Source: Lingula anatina (taxonomy: Eukaryota > Animalia > Brachiopoda). From it: DNA of 64,000 nucleotides. The position numbers were made by a program, and so were the translations under genes. Where the stretch lies: NCBI GenBank assembly GCA_051362555.1, contig CM120641.1:3472001-3536000 (forward strand). The letters run 5' to 3'. This document shows, one piece after another, positions 51,301-63,842 of the stretch (position 1 is the first letter of the stretch; each line of letters starts with the position of its first letter). Under the pieces are notes generated by a model that saw nothing but the letters and a program-made list of their open reading frames with translations, was not told where the DNA came from and searched no databases.

Positions 51301-54300
51301 CGTGTGGGTGTGCCATACACAGGCTTGGACAACGGGACTGACCATTGTCCACAGGTAAAGTCAAGAGGCCATTTATTTAACAGTTTCTGTATATTCTGGC
51401 AGAAGAATGAGATAGTAAACTTCTCTTGCCAGCTGTATACTCTAGAGACCACAGCAGATTGGTAATTTTGGCTTTTCACAACCCAGTTTCTAATAATTCT
51501 CAGGATCCATTTACCTTTTTTTTTTATTTACACAAGTACCCATTTCCTATAACAAAAATTATAATGAATTTGTGAAAATTGTTTTTTCATATCATTTAGT
51601 CAATAAACACAAATGGCATTCATATATTCTACAGTCACTTCTTCTAATCCAAACATTAATCACATTCAGCATTTAAAAATAAATTTGAGACCTGGAGAAT
51701 TGAGTTGTGGTCCCATTACTTTTTCATCCAAGCCACAAACAACAGGGTGCCTCAGTAACACCTGACCTTTGCACACCCCAGTCCTTGTTCAAAGCTGTTT
51801 GTTTGCTGGCACCTCTATCTTAAAATACACCAGTCTGGTCTGCACCCAGCGCTAGACTAATTATCCAGCCAACAACCTCAGAGATTATGATCCCTGCTCT
51901 AATAAACACCTGTGACCACAAGCCTACACCTGCAGTCAGAATACATGCTCTTGATTTATGACTTTTTTCCTATAAAGGAAATCTTGTTGACTTTCGTGGG
52001 TGTTTTTTTTTTCATCCAGTGCCATTTCAGTCCGACTTTTCTTAGTTTGAATGTAAAATACAAGGGGCAATGTTATCAAATTATTTGAGTTATGTTCAAA
52101 CAAATGAAATGCTCATTGCATTATTTCCTTATATATTTGACTTTTATCTGAATAAATGATCCCTAAATGAAAACTTAGACCCCCCACCCAAAAAAGTGTT
52201 GTCTATAAATGCTTTTAAATGGTCACATTTTATTACCATTTTACTTTGATGTTGATAAGCTCATCCCAACTTTCTAAGTGATGAGGATAATTAAGTAAAT
52301 CTAAAGAGAGCAGCATTTAATCATTATCACCTGTTAAATAAATTAAAATTCAATTGGCCTAAACAAAGAAAAGGACAACACAGAAAAAACGACTTTGTCA
52401 CTCCTGATGTTGCACACCTGGCAGCAGTATTAACTAGCACTTGTGGTGAAGACACCTTTGATCTAAACACAGAATCCCAATTTATAAACCTACCTGGAAA
52501 CAAGGGTATAACTTGTGCAAAAATCACGGCAGACAACATGATGCTGACTTGTTGGGAAAGACAACTATTCTAAAAGCAGTCTTGGACCACTTCTGATCTT
52601 TTTCCAGGCCTGAGAGGAATATCGCATGAATATTCCCATATATTGTGATGAGAGCTGGTGCAGTGCAGCTGGTATATTACAACTTGTGGTCATCAGGCTC
52701 TTTTATCTTACATCCCATTGAATTAATGTTACCTCTTAATGCTAGTTCAGTGGTTAGAAACAAAGCCTGTTCTCTTGTAAGGTGACCTGATAAGGCAGTA
52801 CGGCACACAATGGAGGGTCTGTTTCCCCCCCAGCCTGGCCCCATTCACCCCTCTGTTGTCTCTGCTAGAGTGAAAACATACCCAGACTGGATGCACTGTC
52901 TGGCCCCCTGGTACACATTATCAATACTAATAGGGACATCTAATCAAATCCAGTGGGAGAAGTTTATGCACTGGTCAATCAGAACTGTTGGACTCGAGTT
53001 CACAAGATCACTCCACTTTTTTCTGTTTAATTGGTGAATTTTGAAGCCTAAAGGTACATGGTGTGAAAGTCATTTTATTGCAGACCATCAATGTCATGCA
53101 TTGGATTCATCCACTACAGCAATAAATACAATTTTCCCATGGAAGAAATGGCTCTACTTTTAATCATTAAGATAAGTTATTGCTGATAAAAACCTATTTT
53201 TTACACGTTAAGTTCTTTATTTTCAGCATCTTGGAGCCACATGGTGACATGAGTAAAGGTAATCATGCTTCAAATTCCTGTCTTCAAGAATGGTTTTCTT
53301 TCATATTCAATTTCATCTTTTTTTCAGGACATATAAGCACCGTGTTTTTTTCATTTCTTCTTTGGAAACAGACCTTTATAACCGTATTACATGACTGATC
53401 TCATTTACATTAATTCCTCTTAGCTTTAAAAGCAATATTCGTCAGTCTACAAAAAGTGCCGTACTAATGTAAGGCATTCACCTTTACTGTCAACAATATC
53501 CAGAGCACTTTTACTGACATCAAAGTGACAAGGGAGGGTGAAAGGGGAAAAGTCCAGCTCCATAAAAAATAAATAATAATAATAATGAAGTAATAAAACA
53601 ATAAAATAATAATAAATGTAATATCACTTTGATGAATGCCATTCCCATGAAATGAAGAGACCCAAATAATGGCAATATCATTACATTCAAAATATCACGA
53701 AAAGAAAATATACATGACAGCCAGTCACCTAACGGCCTAGGTATCTTTCTTTTCTTTAAATTCACACAAATAAACTCATCTCTCAATGATCCAAAGCCTG
53801 AATAGCCTGTCTCTCCACTGCCATGACCTTAACTCTGACACCTAGGAGAAATCTGAAGACTAAAACACATACCCACCCATCTAAGAAAAGACATACGATG
53901 ACTTAAATTATTATCTTAAAAAAAAAAACAAGAAATGGAAATTGGCTTATTTGTAACCTGTTGACTGAAAAAGTTCATTTCTAACAGATGTTAATGTGAT
54001 ACCTAGACTAATAAACCACCTGTTGTCATCACTGCCTGGAGGTTCAATTCACAGTGACAGCCCTGGACATGTTTAACAAAGAAAAAACTTAAAACTTAAA
54101 ACAGTTTTATTAGTCATAAAATAGGGTTAGTCATAAATGTGTTAAAATATCAGGATTAAATTATCATGTTTGACATGGTCATATTTGCATCTGAGACATT
54201 TTGGGAGAGGTACCTCAGCGGAATAAAGATAGACCCAAACGCTGTGTGTGTTAAATGTATGTACTTTTAAGCAGAAAATAAAATGTAAAATTGATTCTGA

Positions 54301-56711
54301 GGAGAAAGACATCTAAAAAATAGCTATATGGTACACAGACAGTGTTTAGGCATAAAAACATGACAGAAATTGCTTCTAAATCTTGGAAGAGATTTTCTTA
54401 ACATTTAGTTGCCTGCTTGCTCATACATATATTAAAACACAAGCTAATTATTTCAATTTCTGTAAAAACTATCTGATATATGGTGGTGCTTGATAAAAAC
54501 ATGTTTGTCTGGGATTTAAATCAAGTCCTTTTAAATCCCATTTTAATTACCTTTGACCTCCCACGCTCCCTATTTATGGGTTGCATAAATAACACTCAAC
54601 CAAACAAACTTATTCATTAAATCTTATCTATCATTCAATATCAGATAAGGCACTTAAATTATAATGCTGTCTGTAGCTTAATACTCTCCGCATGTAAACA
54701 AGGTCTGGGCAATATCTACTTTCTCATTATAGCTTGAAGAGATAGTGAAAAGAGATAAATCTTAAATTAGAATACAAGTGTATTTCGCAGCAGTATAACA
54801 TGTACAACAGTGCTGCCATCTCGGGGCAAAATAAAACCAAGTGATGTCTTTCCTTGGAAGACAAAAAACATGTGACTCACACCCTGTGATCTGTAATATA
54901 TTGATATTTGGACACGAAATGTCACCGTCTTAACAAATTCTACAGGATGTTTTCCAAATGCATTCTATTTTAAGAAAAGGTTGACTGAATTTTCATATCC
55001 TGAAATTCATGAATGCATGGACAAACTTACCAAGTAATGTTGACACAGTGTTTTATTTTACCCTATGATACAGATTACAGAATGAGTTAACCCGATTTCA
55101 CTCTTGATGATGACGATATATTTACTCATAAATCTAAACTTTCTCTTCAGGACATAAAGTAGTAAGAATCACATTGAGACACAATGGCTAAATTAATGTC
55201 ATGTTAATTTACAATTTCAGGGTTTTTTTTTTTAACCTGTGAGAATACCTAGACTGAAATTCAGCTTTTTAAAACTTAATATTTCTAGTTATAAATGGAC
55301 CTGCATTCACGTGACTAGTAAAATTTAACTTGACAATGAGGTGTGAAAGAGAGGCCATTTTCCATATTTCCAACCAAAAACAATTGCAGAGACAAGAGGA
55401 GGTTAATCACTGTATACTTACCACTGTTATTCCTCCACAACCCTAGTACCCCTATACTATACTGTTGGTTATCTTCTACAATACTCAATAAGGTACCAAA
55501 TTGTCTCAATTCCGTTTTAAAATTTTTAAATGTTGAACATTTAATGTAAAGAATTCACATGCATATACTGTTTACAAACTGTGTTGACACTTTCACAAAA
55601 AGCAGATCAACAGACAATACCGTTGTTAGGAGCTAAAATCCATCCTTTCTCAAAGCAAATATGATAATATAAACATGATCATTTTAGATGGAAACTTGTG
55701 GTTAAATTTGGCACTGGGGTGAAAAGAGATTGAAAACTGATACTTTTGTGAAATGCAAATATAAGTCTACAAGAAAGGTTAAAACACCCTTGAAATAGAG
55801 CTATATCAACCTTTGCAATCCCCCTCTATTCCTATTGCCATGAGGATGAAAATACAAACCATGAGACAAATCTACACAAAATACTGCTCAGGAAACACTG
55901 ATTATGTGATGTAAACAAAAATCAGTTTTTCAAAACTGTAGTCTTAGATACAATATAATCAAAATAAACAAACTTGGCTCTCAGTATATCAGCTTCACAT
56001 ATTGCACATATCATAAACATGGCACAACACACACTCAGGCATACACATACATCATACACACATACACAGTGCATATTGTGCTAGAGATGGTTAGACATGA
56101 TGAAACCCAGGTACAAATATTTATAATGGTTATAGTTGTGAGACTGTGATACCCCATAGGATTAACTGAGTAACAAAAAACGTGTATTCTGGGGGTAAAT
56201 TTGAAAGAAAAAGGGCACTTAATATTGCATCTTAGGTGCTTACATTTTATCTGAAACAAAAATGATTAGAATTAATTGAACAAATAGAGGGGTGATTTCA
56301 CAAAGGCCCTTCATTTCAAGAAAATCAACTACACTATATTTATTATAAAATATGTAATAATATGGGTGGAATACCAGGACTTAAATGTATGCAGTGTCTG
56401 TCAAACTTACCAGTTTGGGGTGGAGATTTTGTCCCCAGAAACATGACTGTTAACAAGTGTGGATAGGTGGTCTCCAGAGCCAAACACAGAGCCTGGAAGG
56501 CTTGAGGACCCGCAGCTGGCAGGACATCTAACAACTTCTCTACCTTCTCTTCTTTACTTGGCAGCTGACTTATTTCCTGGATGTCCTCGTTCCTTAAGGC
56601 GCCTGGGGACGTTTCGGTTCCTTTCAAGATGGGATACAATCTCTCTACGTCGACGGATTGCACAAATTTCGATCTGTGTTGCTGCAAAAGTTCTCGGTGC
56701 TTCTCCTCCAT
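28629..56711 (-). CDS. DLG5: Discs large homolog 5 (MAGUK scaffold: CARD, coiled coil, 4 PDZ, SH3, GK); 26 exons, about 2077 aa
   Basis: Phase-consistent exons (high-low): 56711-56411 (CARD-like), 49230-49159, 44882-43467 and 41299-41083 (coiled coil; AFSERDKIVLERESMRALCDQLRRERDR), 40819-40684 (SRDSAIDTDLQEWETE), 40261-40134 and 39875-39773 (PDZ1), 38452-38383, 37928-37825 and 37527-36119 (PDZ2 plus linker, GGTWPK), 35972-35780, 35330-35096 (RIRIPS), 34809-34701, 34431-34266 and 33764-33662 (PDZ3), 33384-33231, 32902-32716 and 32386-32284 (PDZ4; LGISLIGGNAVGIFV), 31925-31709 (SH3; GDSFYIRTLFD), 31495-31284 (ARRSFFRRKK), 30983-30942, 30523-30422, 30000-29873, 29588-29479, 29293-29184, 28735-28629 (GK; EQKKTIWVPSGNI*). 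Confidence 0.94.
30221..30340. repeat. Degenerate two-copy tandem repeat (about 57-60 bp unit)
   Basis: TGTCTCAAGCCTC...TTTGCATGCT.TCACTG..TTGAAT.CCA.TTCT.TCAA.TACT repeated twice in a DLG5 intron. Confidence 0.75.
34109..34176. repeat. (TA)n microsatellite
   Basis: About 33 TA units. Confidence 0.95.
35378..35443. repeat. Two-copy tandem repeat (about 33 bp)
   Basis: AATA.GGT.AAACATCATATA.TCACCCAATA occurs twice. Confidence 0.75.
38606..38656. repeat. (TG)n followed by poly-G
   Basis: About 16 TG units followed by a G run; a second G run lies near 38751-38772. Confidence 0.9.
39598..39642. repeat. (TC)n microsatellite
   Basis: Seen directly in the sequence. Confidence 0.9.
42306..42373. 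repeat. Poly-A followed by (AAT)n
   Basis: About 34 A followed by about 11 AAT units. Confidence 0.9.
49330..49456 (-). CDS. Candidate alternative first coding exon of DLG5 (CARD-less isoform)
   Basis: Open frame MPVVYMDTGLQNVGVSDIMSPAAGDKTESSQKCDNNIMEGRP ends in CAG|GTAAGG, phase 1, 99 nt from the phase-1 acceptor of exon 2. Confidence 0.55.
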
Positions 56712-56899
56712 TCTATCCTACTCTCGCAGGCGGGGATCTGGTTGCAGTATGTGCACCCTAACTTTATCTGGAGTGTTTTTCAATGCGGACGCCTGACGCC
56801 ATCATTTCTGATAATCCCCAAAGTAACTTAGTCACTTTCTCGATAAAAGTTTTAAATAGCAAAACATGTTATTCGTAACTAAGTTAACCGATAGATCAA

Positions 56900-58090
56900 G
56901 TCTTTAAGTGACCTGTGTCTGATCGACGGTCCTAAAAATGTCGACAGCTTCCTACTACTTACGGAATAAGGAGCTGGAGACAGTTTTTCTCACAGGACGT
57001 CGCCATTTTGATCAAGAGAACGTCAACATCTGAGCTGTCAATCATTGGAATCTAGGTCATAGCAAAAGAGGTACAGATGAAAAGAACACAGGAAAGGAAT
57101 GGTAGCTAATAATTTGTAGGGATAGTTTTTCTGGCAAACATAAATTATAATCAGTTATTTCCTATTTATAACCGTGGATCAATGAGAAATTAATGAATTA
57201 TCGGACTCAAGATAATGCTTTATCGTAGTCTTTTCTTGGGCAGGTGCTCGCTGCATCGTAAAGTAGTGACATCTACAATCTCACCTAACACAACCGTAAC
57301 GGAACTGTCCACTTTTCAAGTCCTATTTGACTGCATGTGAACCCTATTCCAGTATCTATCAACACTTCTTTACACACATTCTAGTCTCTTATACGAAGAA
57401 AGGTCAGGTAAGTTGCAGAAATCTATAGAGTTGTTTTATAAACAATGTGCTCTATAAAAACTCGAGCGGTACCGTTCTCCTGTCTCCCGCCATTTGCCTC
57501 TTTTTGTTTGTTTTGAAAACTAATAAAAAAAACTTGTCTGCATATATTGCTTAATCGTCATTGTTCACATTTCTGTTAATTATATGTACCACTTTTTAAG
57601 CTCCAAGGGATGAATAAAGTTAAGAGTCATTTTCTTATAGTTGTTGTCCCCGCCCATCTGACTACTGCGCCCCTTCAATGCGCCGACTTGGACTCGTCCG
57701 TCAAGGTGTTGTGTCCAGTGGAGAGCAGCGGACGTAAACACTTCGAATCCTCGGATTCTGGGAATTTCAGAGATCCAAAGGTGAAGACAAGAAGACTGGA
57801 AGAATAGCCAAGTCCGCTTTAGCAGCCCAATGAGCTACGTTTGATTGCTTCACACATCATAGCAGAAATGATCGAAGGCGAAGGACACACCGGAGGAGGG
57901 GACGCAAACGTGCTGGTAGACCAGAAACAGGTGCCTCCACAGGTAAGAAGTTCGGTTGAAACTGAGTGCCAATGTTCAGGTGCAACCTGCTGCAGGATTG
58001 AATAACAACTCTCAGGCTTCTCCCGTCGCAATATGCAAGGTAGTCCGCGGGAAACTTAAGCAGGTTGGGGGGATTCAACATGGCGGATCC
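56900..58090. promoter_or_regulatory. CpG-richer bidirectional promoter region between DLG5 and a divergent gene
   Basis: Local CpG enrichment; YY1-like motifs CGCCATTTTG (57001), CGCCATTT (57488) and CAACATGGCGG (58076); GC box CCCCGCCC near 57648; head-to-head first exons. Confidence 0.6.
57868..57942 (+). CDS. First coding exon of an unidentified gene continuing beyond the window (MIEGEGHTGGGDANVLVDQKQVPPQ)
   Basis: GAAATG context, 25 open codons, strong donor CAG|GTAAGA, inside the CpG-rich region. Protein not recognised. Confidence 0.55.
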
Positions 58091-61000
58091 GGTTATTGAT
58101 TTTCTTGTTTTAAGCTTGCCGCATTTTCATTCTCAGGAAGCATTTGATGATATGCAAGTCAATAAATTTATAATATTTATATTTCAGCAGAAAAGCGTAG
58201 GCTTTGCGATGCTGTATTCGTATTGATTACTGGTATATTATCATAATATTATGTCAGTTTTGGTACTCGATTCACTTTGTGTTCTGTGCATGCATGCAAT
58301 TTTTTTGTTGACATATTGAATTAAAATCTTATCAGTCTTAGAACACTGAGACGGATTTGCATGTGTGATACATCAGCTACTAGACACACTAAATGGCACA
58401 TATAGGCGCGTGCATGGAATCCAGTAATTTCCATAGATAAAATGCAATCTCTAGGTCAGTTTGTACTGTATAATTAATTAATTGATAATGTTATATTATA
58501 CACTGTTATCATTAATGTTGCTCAAATTTTCAACCTTTGAGACCCATATTTCCTGTCAGAATGTGAGAAATAGCTCCTATTGCATGTGTTTATTAAGACA
58601 ATGTTATTATTATTGTACAGTATATGTCAGTGAAACGAATTTGATGAATGCCTGTGCTTCTATGGATCAATATTTAGTCTCTATATCTATATTTTGGGAA
58701 TGATAACATGCACTTTATTTGACATTTGAGGCCATGCACATAGAACTAACAGTCAGAAGAGGATTGGGACCCCTGTTACATCCTAATTACAGCAATTTAA
58801 GCCACTTAGAAGAAATTAGCTCACTCATATTCCATCTCAATATGCATGAAGGGTTTATTAGATGGAATGAAAATGTTATGTTACAGTGAATTATGGAACA
58901 GAAAGCCTGTCTTATTTAGAATTAGATGTAAGCTTGTGCAATTGTAAAAAGAGAATTGAAAGGGACTATAGCAGTGCCTTTACGACTTTCATGCATAATT
59001 TATGTAATCCATGTGCCAGCATGATTCATTCTGGTTCTAGGTGATTGATATTGATCTGTTCTCCTATAATCCCTTTCCTCTATGAAAGGAAAGATGCAAT
59101 TAAGTTTCAGGTTTTGCGGAAAAGGACAGATGACAGACAGAATGTAATTGTGCAATATAGAACTGCCTTATGAAGTACATTACACATAGCCTTTCCCAAG
59201 TATAATTAATCATATATTTCCTATCTCAGGTCAGAGAGGACTGTATAGTTATCAAAGCAAAGGGAACATATAGAAAATCATCCAAAGTATAAATGGTTTT
59301 TTTCTTAAGCCACTGCGCAGATTGCTTTTAAGTATTTAGGAAGCTTTTAGAAAATGCTTTAGAAGTGGAAGATGAAATAGTCGTAGGCTTTGGTGTGATG
59401 TTCTGCCCTGGATTTCATGCTCCTAGATGTGGAAAACCTGCCCTGATTGCACTCAAGATACCTCGTAGCAGGTGCTTGCTTTCAGCCAGGGAATAGGTTA
59501 ATTACTTCAAGGGAGCCTCATCTTTTTTTCATTATTGTTTTGGTAAAGAAAAATCTTGCATGTTTGTACCCCTCTTAGATATTTTTTATGAGAGCATTTA
59601 GTTTTTGTACGGAATTAACTATAAACCATGCACTGACAGTTGGGCTGAAAGTGTTGTCATGTTTTTGTTTTTTGATATCCATTCTTAAATTTCTTAGCTT
59701 TGAATGCTTACGAGAAAGTGGTTGGTGTCTAGAAGATAGTATGCCAGCTACTTTATATTTGAAGAATTCTCTTTTGCATCCATTGTATGTGCTTTGAGAT
59801 GTTTGTGACTTCCTGCCTCAGTAAGCAAGAGGGGGCTGTGTGTATGCCTTGAATTCTGATGAAATTCATAAACCTCAGTGACATGAATCACATCATAGGG
59901 GCCTGCATCTCAGCAGGTGGTGGATATGTCACGTTGGAGACACTTAAAGTGTCACCAACATGGTAAGTGCCATCCCTTCACCCCTTATGCCCCCTGTGAT
60001 TGCTTTGTCGACTCTGTGCAAGAGAAGGGCTGTGTTGTGTAATGCTTAAGGCAGGGGTAAATAATCTAATATTACAGGTCTGTGGAGGCACTATGGTGTA
60101 ACAGATAAATTTAACTAAAGACAGTCTGTGAAATAGGTAAATATTTGCATGGCCTTAAGGTCTCGGTAGATGTATGTTGGGTCTAGGCATGGCCCCACCT
60201 TTCGCCCCTGCAACTAAAAAATGGTGTGCCAGCCGGTTTGATAAATAAAAGTAATTTCATCGTGCGCCAAGCACCTTAGTTGCTTTAGGAGTCAGGTAGA
60301 GCATGCATGGAAATAGGTCACGCTGCACTTCTCGATGACTCACCTGTCTAGATAATGTACCCTAGCAATTGCTATAGTATTATACCCAAAACCGGTTCAT
60401 AATGTATTTGGATTAATGGCGCTTTAGAAGTAGCATTGCCTGCAGAATTACTTTGTGAGGGGGCTTGTTAGTAAACACCTTTCTGTTGTATTTATATGTA
60501 TGCCTATGAAAAAAGGTGCTAAAATGAGGCATTTTAATTCATTCTGATGCTATTTAATTGTAATTTGACTTAGCTATTTTGCATAGGTCAATGCATATTT
60601 ATTACGTTATTGTATGTATTGGTTATTGCCCTATAGTCAAGGTTATAAAGAGCCAGTCGGTATGGCTATGTCTTAAAGTTTAAGGAGACATTACCAGTGA
60701 GTGTAATAGGATAGATGACAACATTGAGGGTTAAACAAACTGACCCATGCCTCTAAGCATGGCCATATAGCAATATGTACACTGCATGTAGATAAGATTT
60801 ACAGAGTTTGAAGACTTCACAAGAAGCTTATGCTTTGTGTAGAGTAGACATTTTACTCTTTTTTAAGAGAGGTAATTTCTCTTCTTATCCTTGGTAAGCT
60901 GCATCTGTTTCTATATTGAATGAAAATAAAGAAATCATACATAAATGATTGTTTTTTTAAATCTGTATTTTTTAATCAGGCCCTGGTTGTCATTCTAATT

Positions 61001-62423
61001 AATTACTTCTTACTATTTCATATTCTGTTTCCCAGTCAGACAGTCCACCTTATTCAACCTTCAGATGGAAATATGGTAAAAACTCTCCTAATTTAAACAA
61101 AATTGTTAAAACATTTTCCAGAGCTGTATTTCTTTTTGGCAATATCTAGGGAAAATAATCAGAGTTGTGACATGAGAAATGGGCCTATATCAGGAATATG
61201 CTTTTGTAAGATGAAATGGTAAATCAGGATATTAGAGTAATTGAGGTATTGGAATTTTCAGGACATTACCATAAAGTAAAGAAGCCTTGCTGTTTTGGTC
61301 TTTGCACATGCTGCGACTTAGATCCTCTCTCAATATTTATCAATCCTAAGCATTACAATGATGCAGAGACGTGCATTAAGGGTTTGCTTGTTCAACCAAG
61401 GTGGTTAAATGTCAGGTGATAAGTAATACCACGTAAAATGTTTTCAGACAGTTGTATTTTAATGGGAATTTTCTTATTAAAAGTTTTCTCTGGATACTGT
61501 GGCATTAGGTAGAAATGTGATTTTCTTTAAGACTGCTCAGATTTTTAAAGAGTGGGCTATATCTGAAAATATGAAGGATTATTGATTGATTTTTTTTTGT
61601 GAAGGAAATGTCATTAATTAGATTTTTTTCCATGTAGATGTCCAAACACCTTGAAGTTCTTAGCTGTCTCAATAACTGCAAATTCATCCAGTTGTCTTTT
61701 TTCCTTTTTGTAGTTTGAAAAAACAAAAAAACAGTAGATTATTGCTTAACATTTACTTGCATTGTTTCATGATGCAAAATTGCTGGAAATAGAACTTTTA
61801 TTTCATAATAAGTATTAATATTTTTAGAAATTTCAAGATTAAACTTTTATTTTGCATATGAAGCAGGTACTTCATGTTATCCTTTGCCTTAATATGTATT
61901 TTTAATTTTATAGTTCTCAGCAGCTGTCTCCTGATAGAATATGGTGAACTGATAATGGCAGCTCAGGAGATAGCTGTTTTTGGAAACTGTTCAGGCAGAA
62001 GATTTGCTGATTGTGTTGGCTAACTGCTCGTCTGGTAAAAAGGGAATATTAATAGGCTGTTCCCATTCCCTCCCTCTGCCCCAGGTCTCCCGCCAGCAGT
62101 ATTGTTTACAGATATCTTTGAGCATCATAATAAAAAACAACAAGATGTAGATCTTATAACACGAGAGTAACAAAAAGAACAATTGGACAGGGTGTTTCAT
62201 GTCAGGGTTATTCCTCGAAAACTAATTGCATTCCTAATTATTTTTAGCCACAGATAAGGAGTTCACATTGGCTGAATTCTGATATATTTGGTAATATATT
62301 TGTAGCACACTGCACAGGTGTATTATATGTTAAAAAAGCACAGGCTCAGCAGTTTGTTAGATAAGGTACATGGTCCGACTGGTTAGCTAGCTGTTAGCAG
62401 GGGATACTGGATACAAGTCAAGT

Positions 62424-62462
62424 ATGCCAGAGGCCATCGTCATGGATTCAGACATTTTAGAT
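62424..62462 (+). CDS. Candidate alternative first coding exon (MPEAIVMDSDILD) of the same unidentified gene
   Basis: 13 codons then GAT|GTAAGT, phase 0 like the 57868 exon; TATA-like tract about 100 nt upstream. Confidence 0.4.
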
Positions 62463-63745
62463 GTAAGTTTGTTTGTTAACAAGTATGTTTTGATGATTAT
62501 TTTGGCCATTGTTGTTTTTTTATTGTTGATTATCTTTATGATTAGACTACCCAGCAGATCTGCTGCTTCAAGAAGAGCTGCAATTTCTGGAAAAAAGTCA
62601 GATTAGAAGAAATCTACATTATCAAGTGTTATGCTTCAAACCATAGGCTGTTAAGAATCAAACAAATGGTGAAATTATAATATTATGAAAACTCTTGGAG
62701 AATTGTACAGGGTTAGGTAAATTGTTCATGTCCTTAGTAGTGTTGCCTTAAGTGAGATGAGGTATTGGGCTTTTTTTTTAGTCTGAAGGCATGATACAGG
62801 AGGAAGGTGTGAATATGTTAAAGAGAATTTTAAAAAAATGAAATGCATTCTTGCATGTAAAATGAGCCAAATTAGTAGTCATTTTTGAGTTGCATACATA
62901 GTTATGAAACATTTCTGGGTTATTTTTTTGCTACCTGCCATGTGACTAGTAATAATCTTCTTGTGTATGTGATTACCAGGTCTCATCAGAATGGTTTCAG
63001 CTAAAACACTTTAGGTTTCTATGTCAGGATGATCATCTAATCCCTCTGTAATCCCCAGATCAGCATTATGCACATGTGAGGTTGGGGAGGAGGATGACAG
63101 GAAGATTATAAAGACAAGATTGGATTGCAAGAAAGTGCCTACCTCCTAAAGTTCTAATACTTCTGAGTGTGACTGAAACATTTTTTAAGAATGCTGTTTA
63201 GAACGTGACCCTCCAACTCTCCCTGACCATCCCAGTGTGCCATATCTGTAACATGTTGTGAAAACTACCAATGTAAAAGATAGCAGGCATTCCTGGCTGA
63301 TACTGTGGGCACATCAAAGCACACATTTATACCTGGGCATTTTGAATGATATAACAACTGCAGTATGCAGAAGTACACATACTATAGAGCTATTGGAATG
63401 ATAGAGCAGTGATGGTACTGTTTGCATAGATACCAAATGTCATCATGCGAAATTATTTATGTACAGTTTTGAAGTAGGCTACACATGAAACCAGATATAT
63501 GATCTGGTAAAGTTTTATCTGGTTCATGTTGCCCTAAACCAAACAGTTTCCTGTCAGGCGTATTGTTATTGTTACCTGGTCGGGGTCTGGGTGAAATGCC
63601 TGGTTGTGGTATCCAGTATTTTAACCACATCAACTAGAGGTTAAATAGTCAGAAAAACTGTTTGCTGTACACACATTTTGGTTGCTGTTCCTGATGTGAT
63701 CTCTCACAATTTTTGTTCAGTAATTCTTTCTCTTTCTCTCTTTCA

Positions 63746-63842
63746 GCATACACACATCTGCACACACAGTCACACAAATACACACACACACATGCACGCA
63801 TGCATGCACGCACACACACACACACTCTCTTTCACACACACA
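63746..63842. repeat. Imperfect (CA)n microsatellite
   Basis: Interrupted CA runs. Confidence 0.85.
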
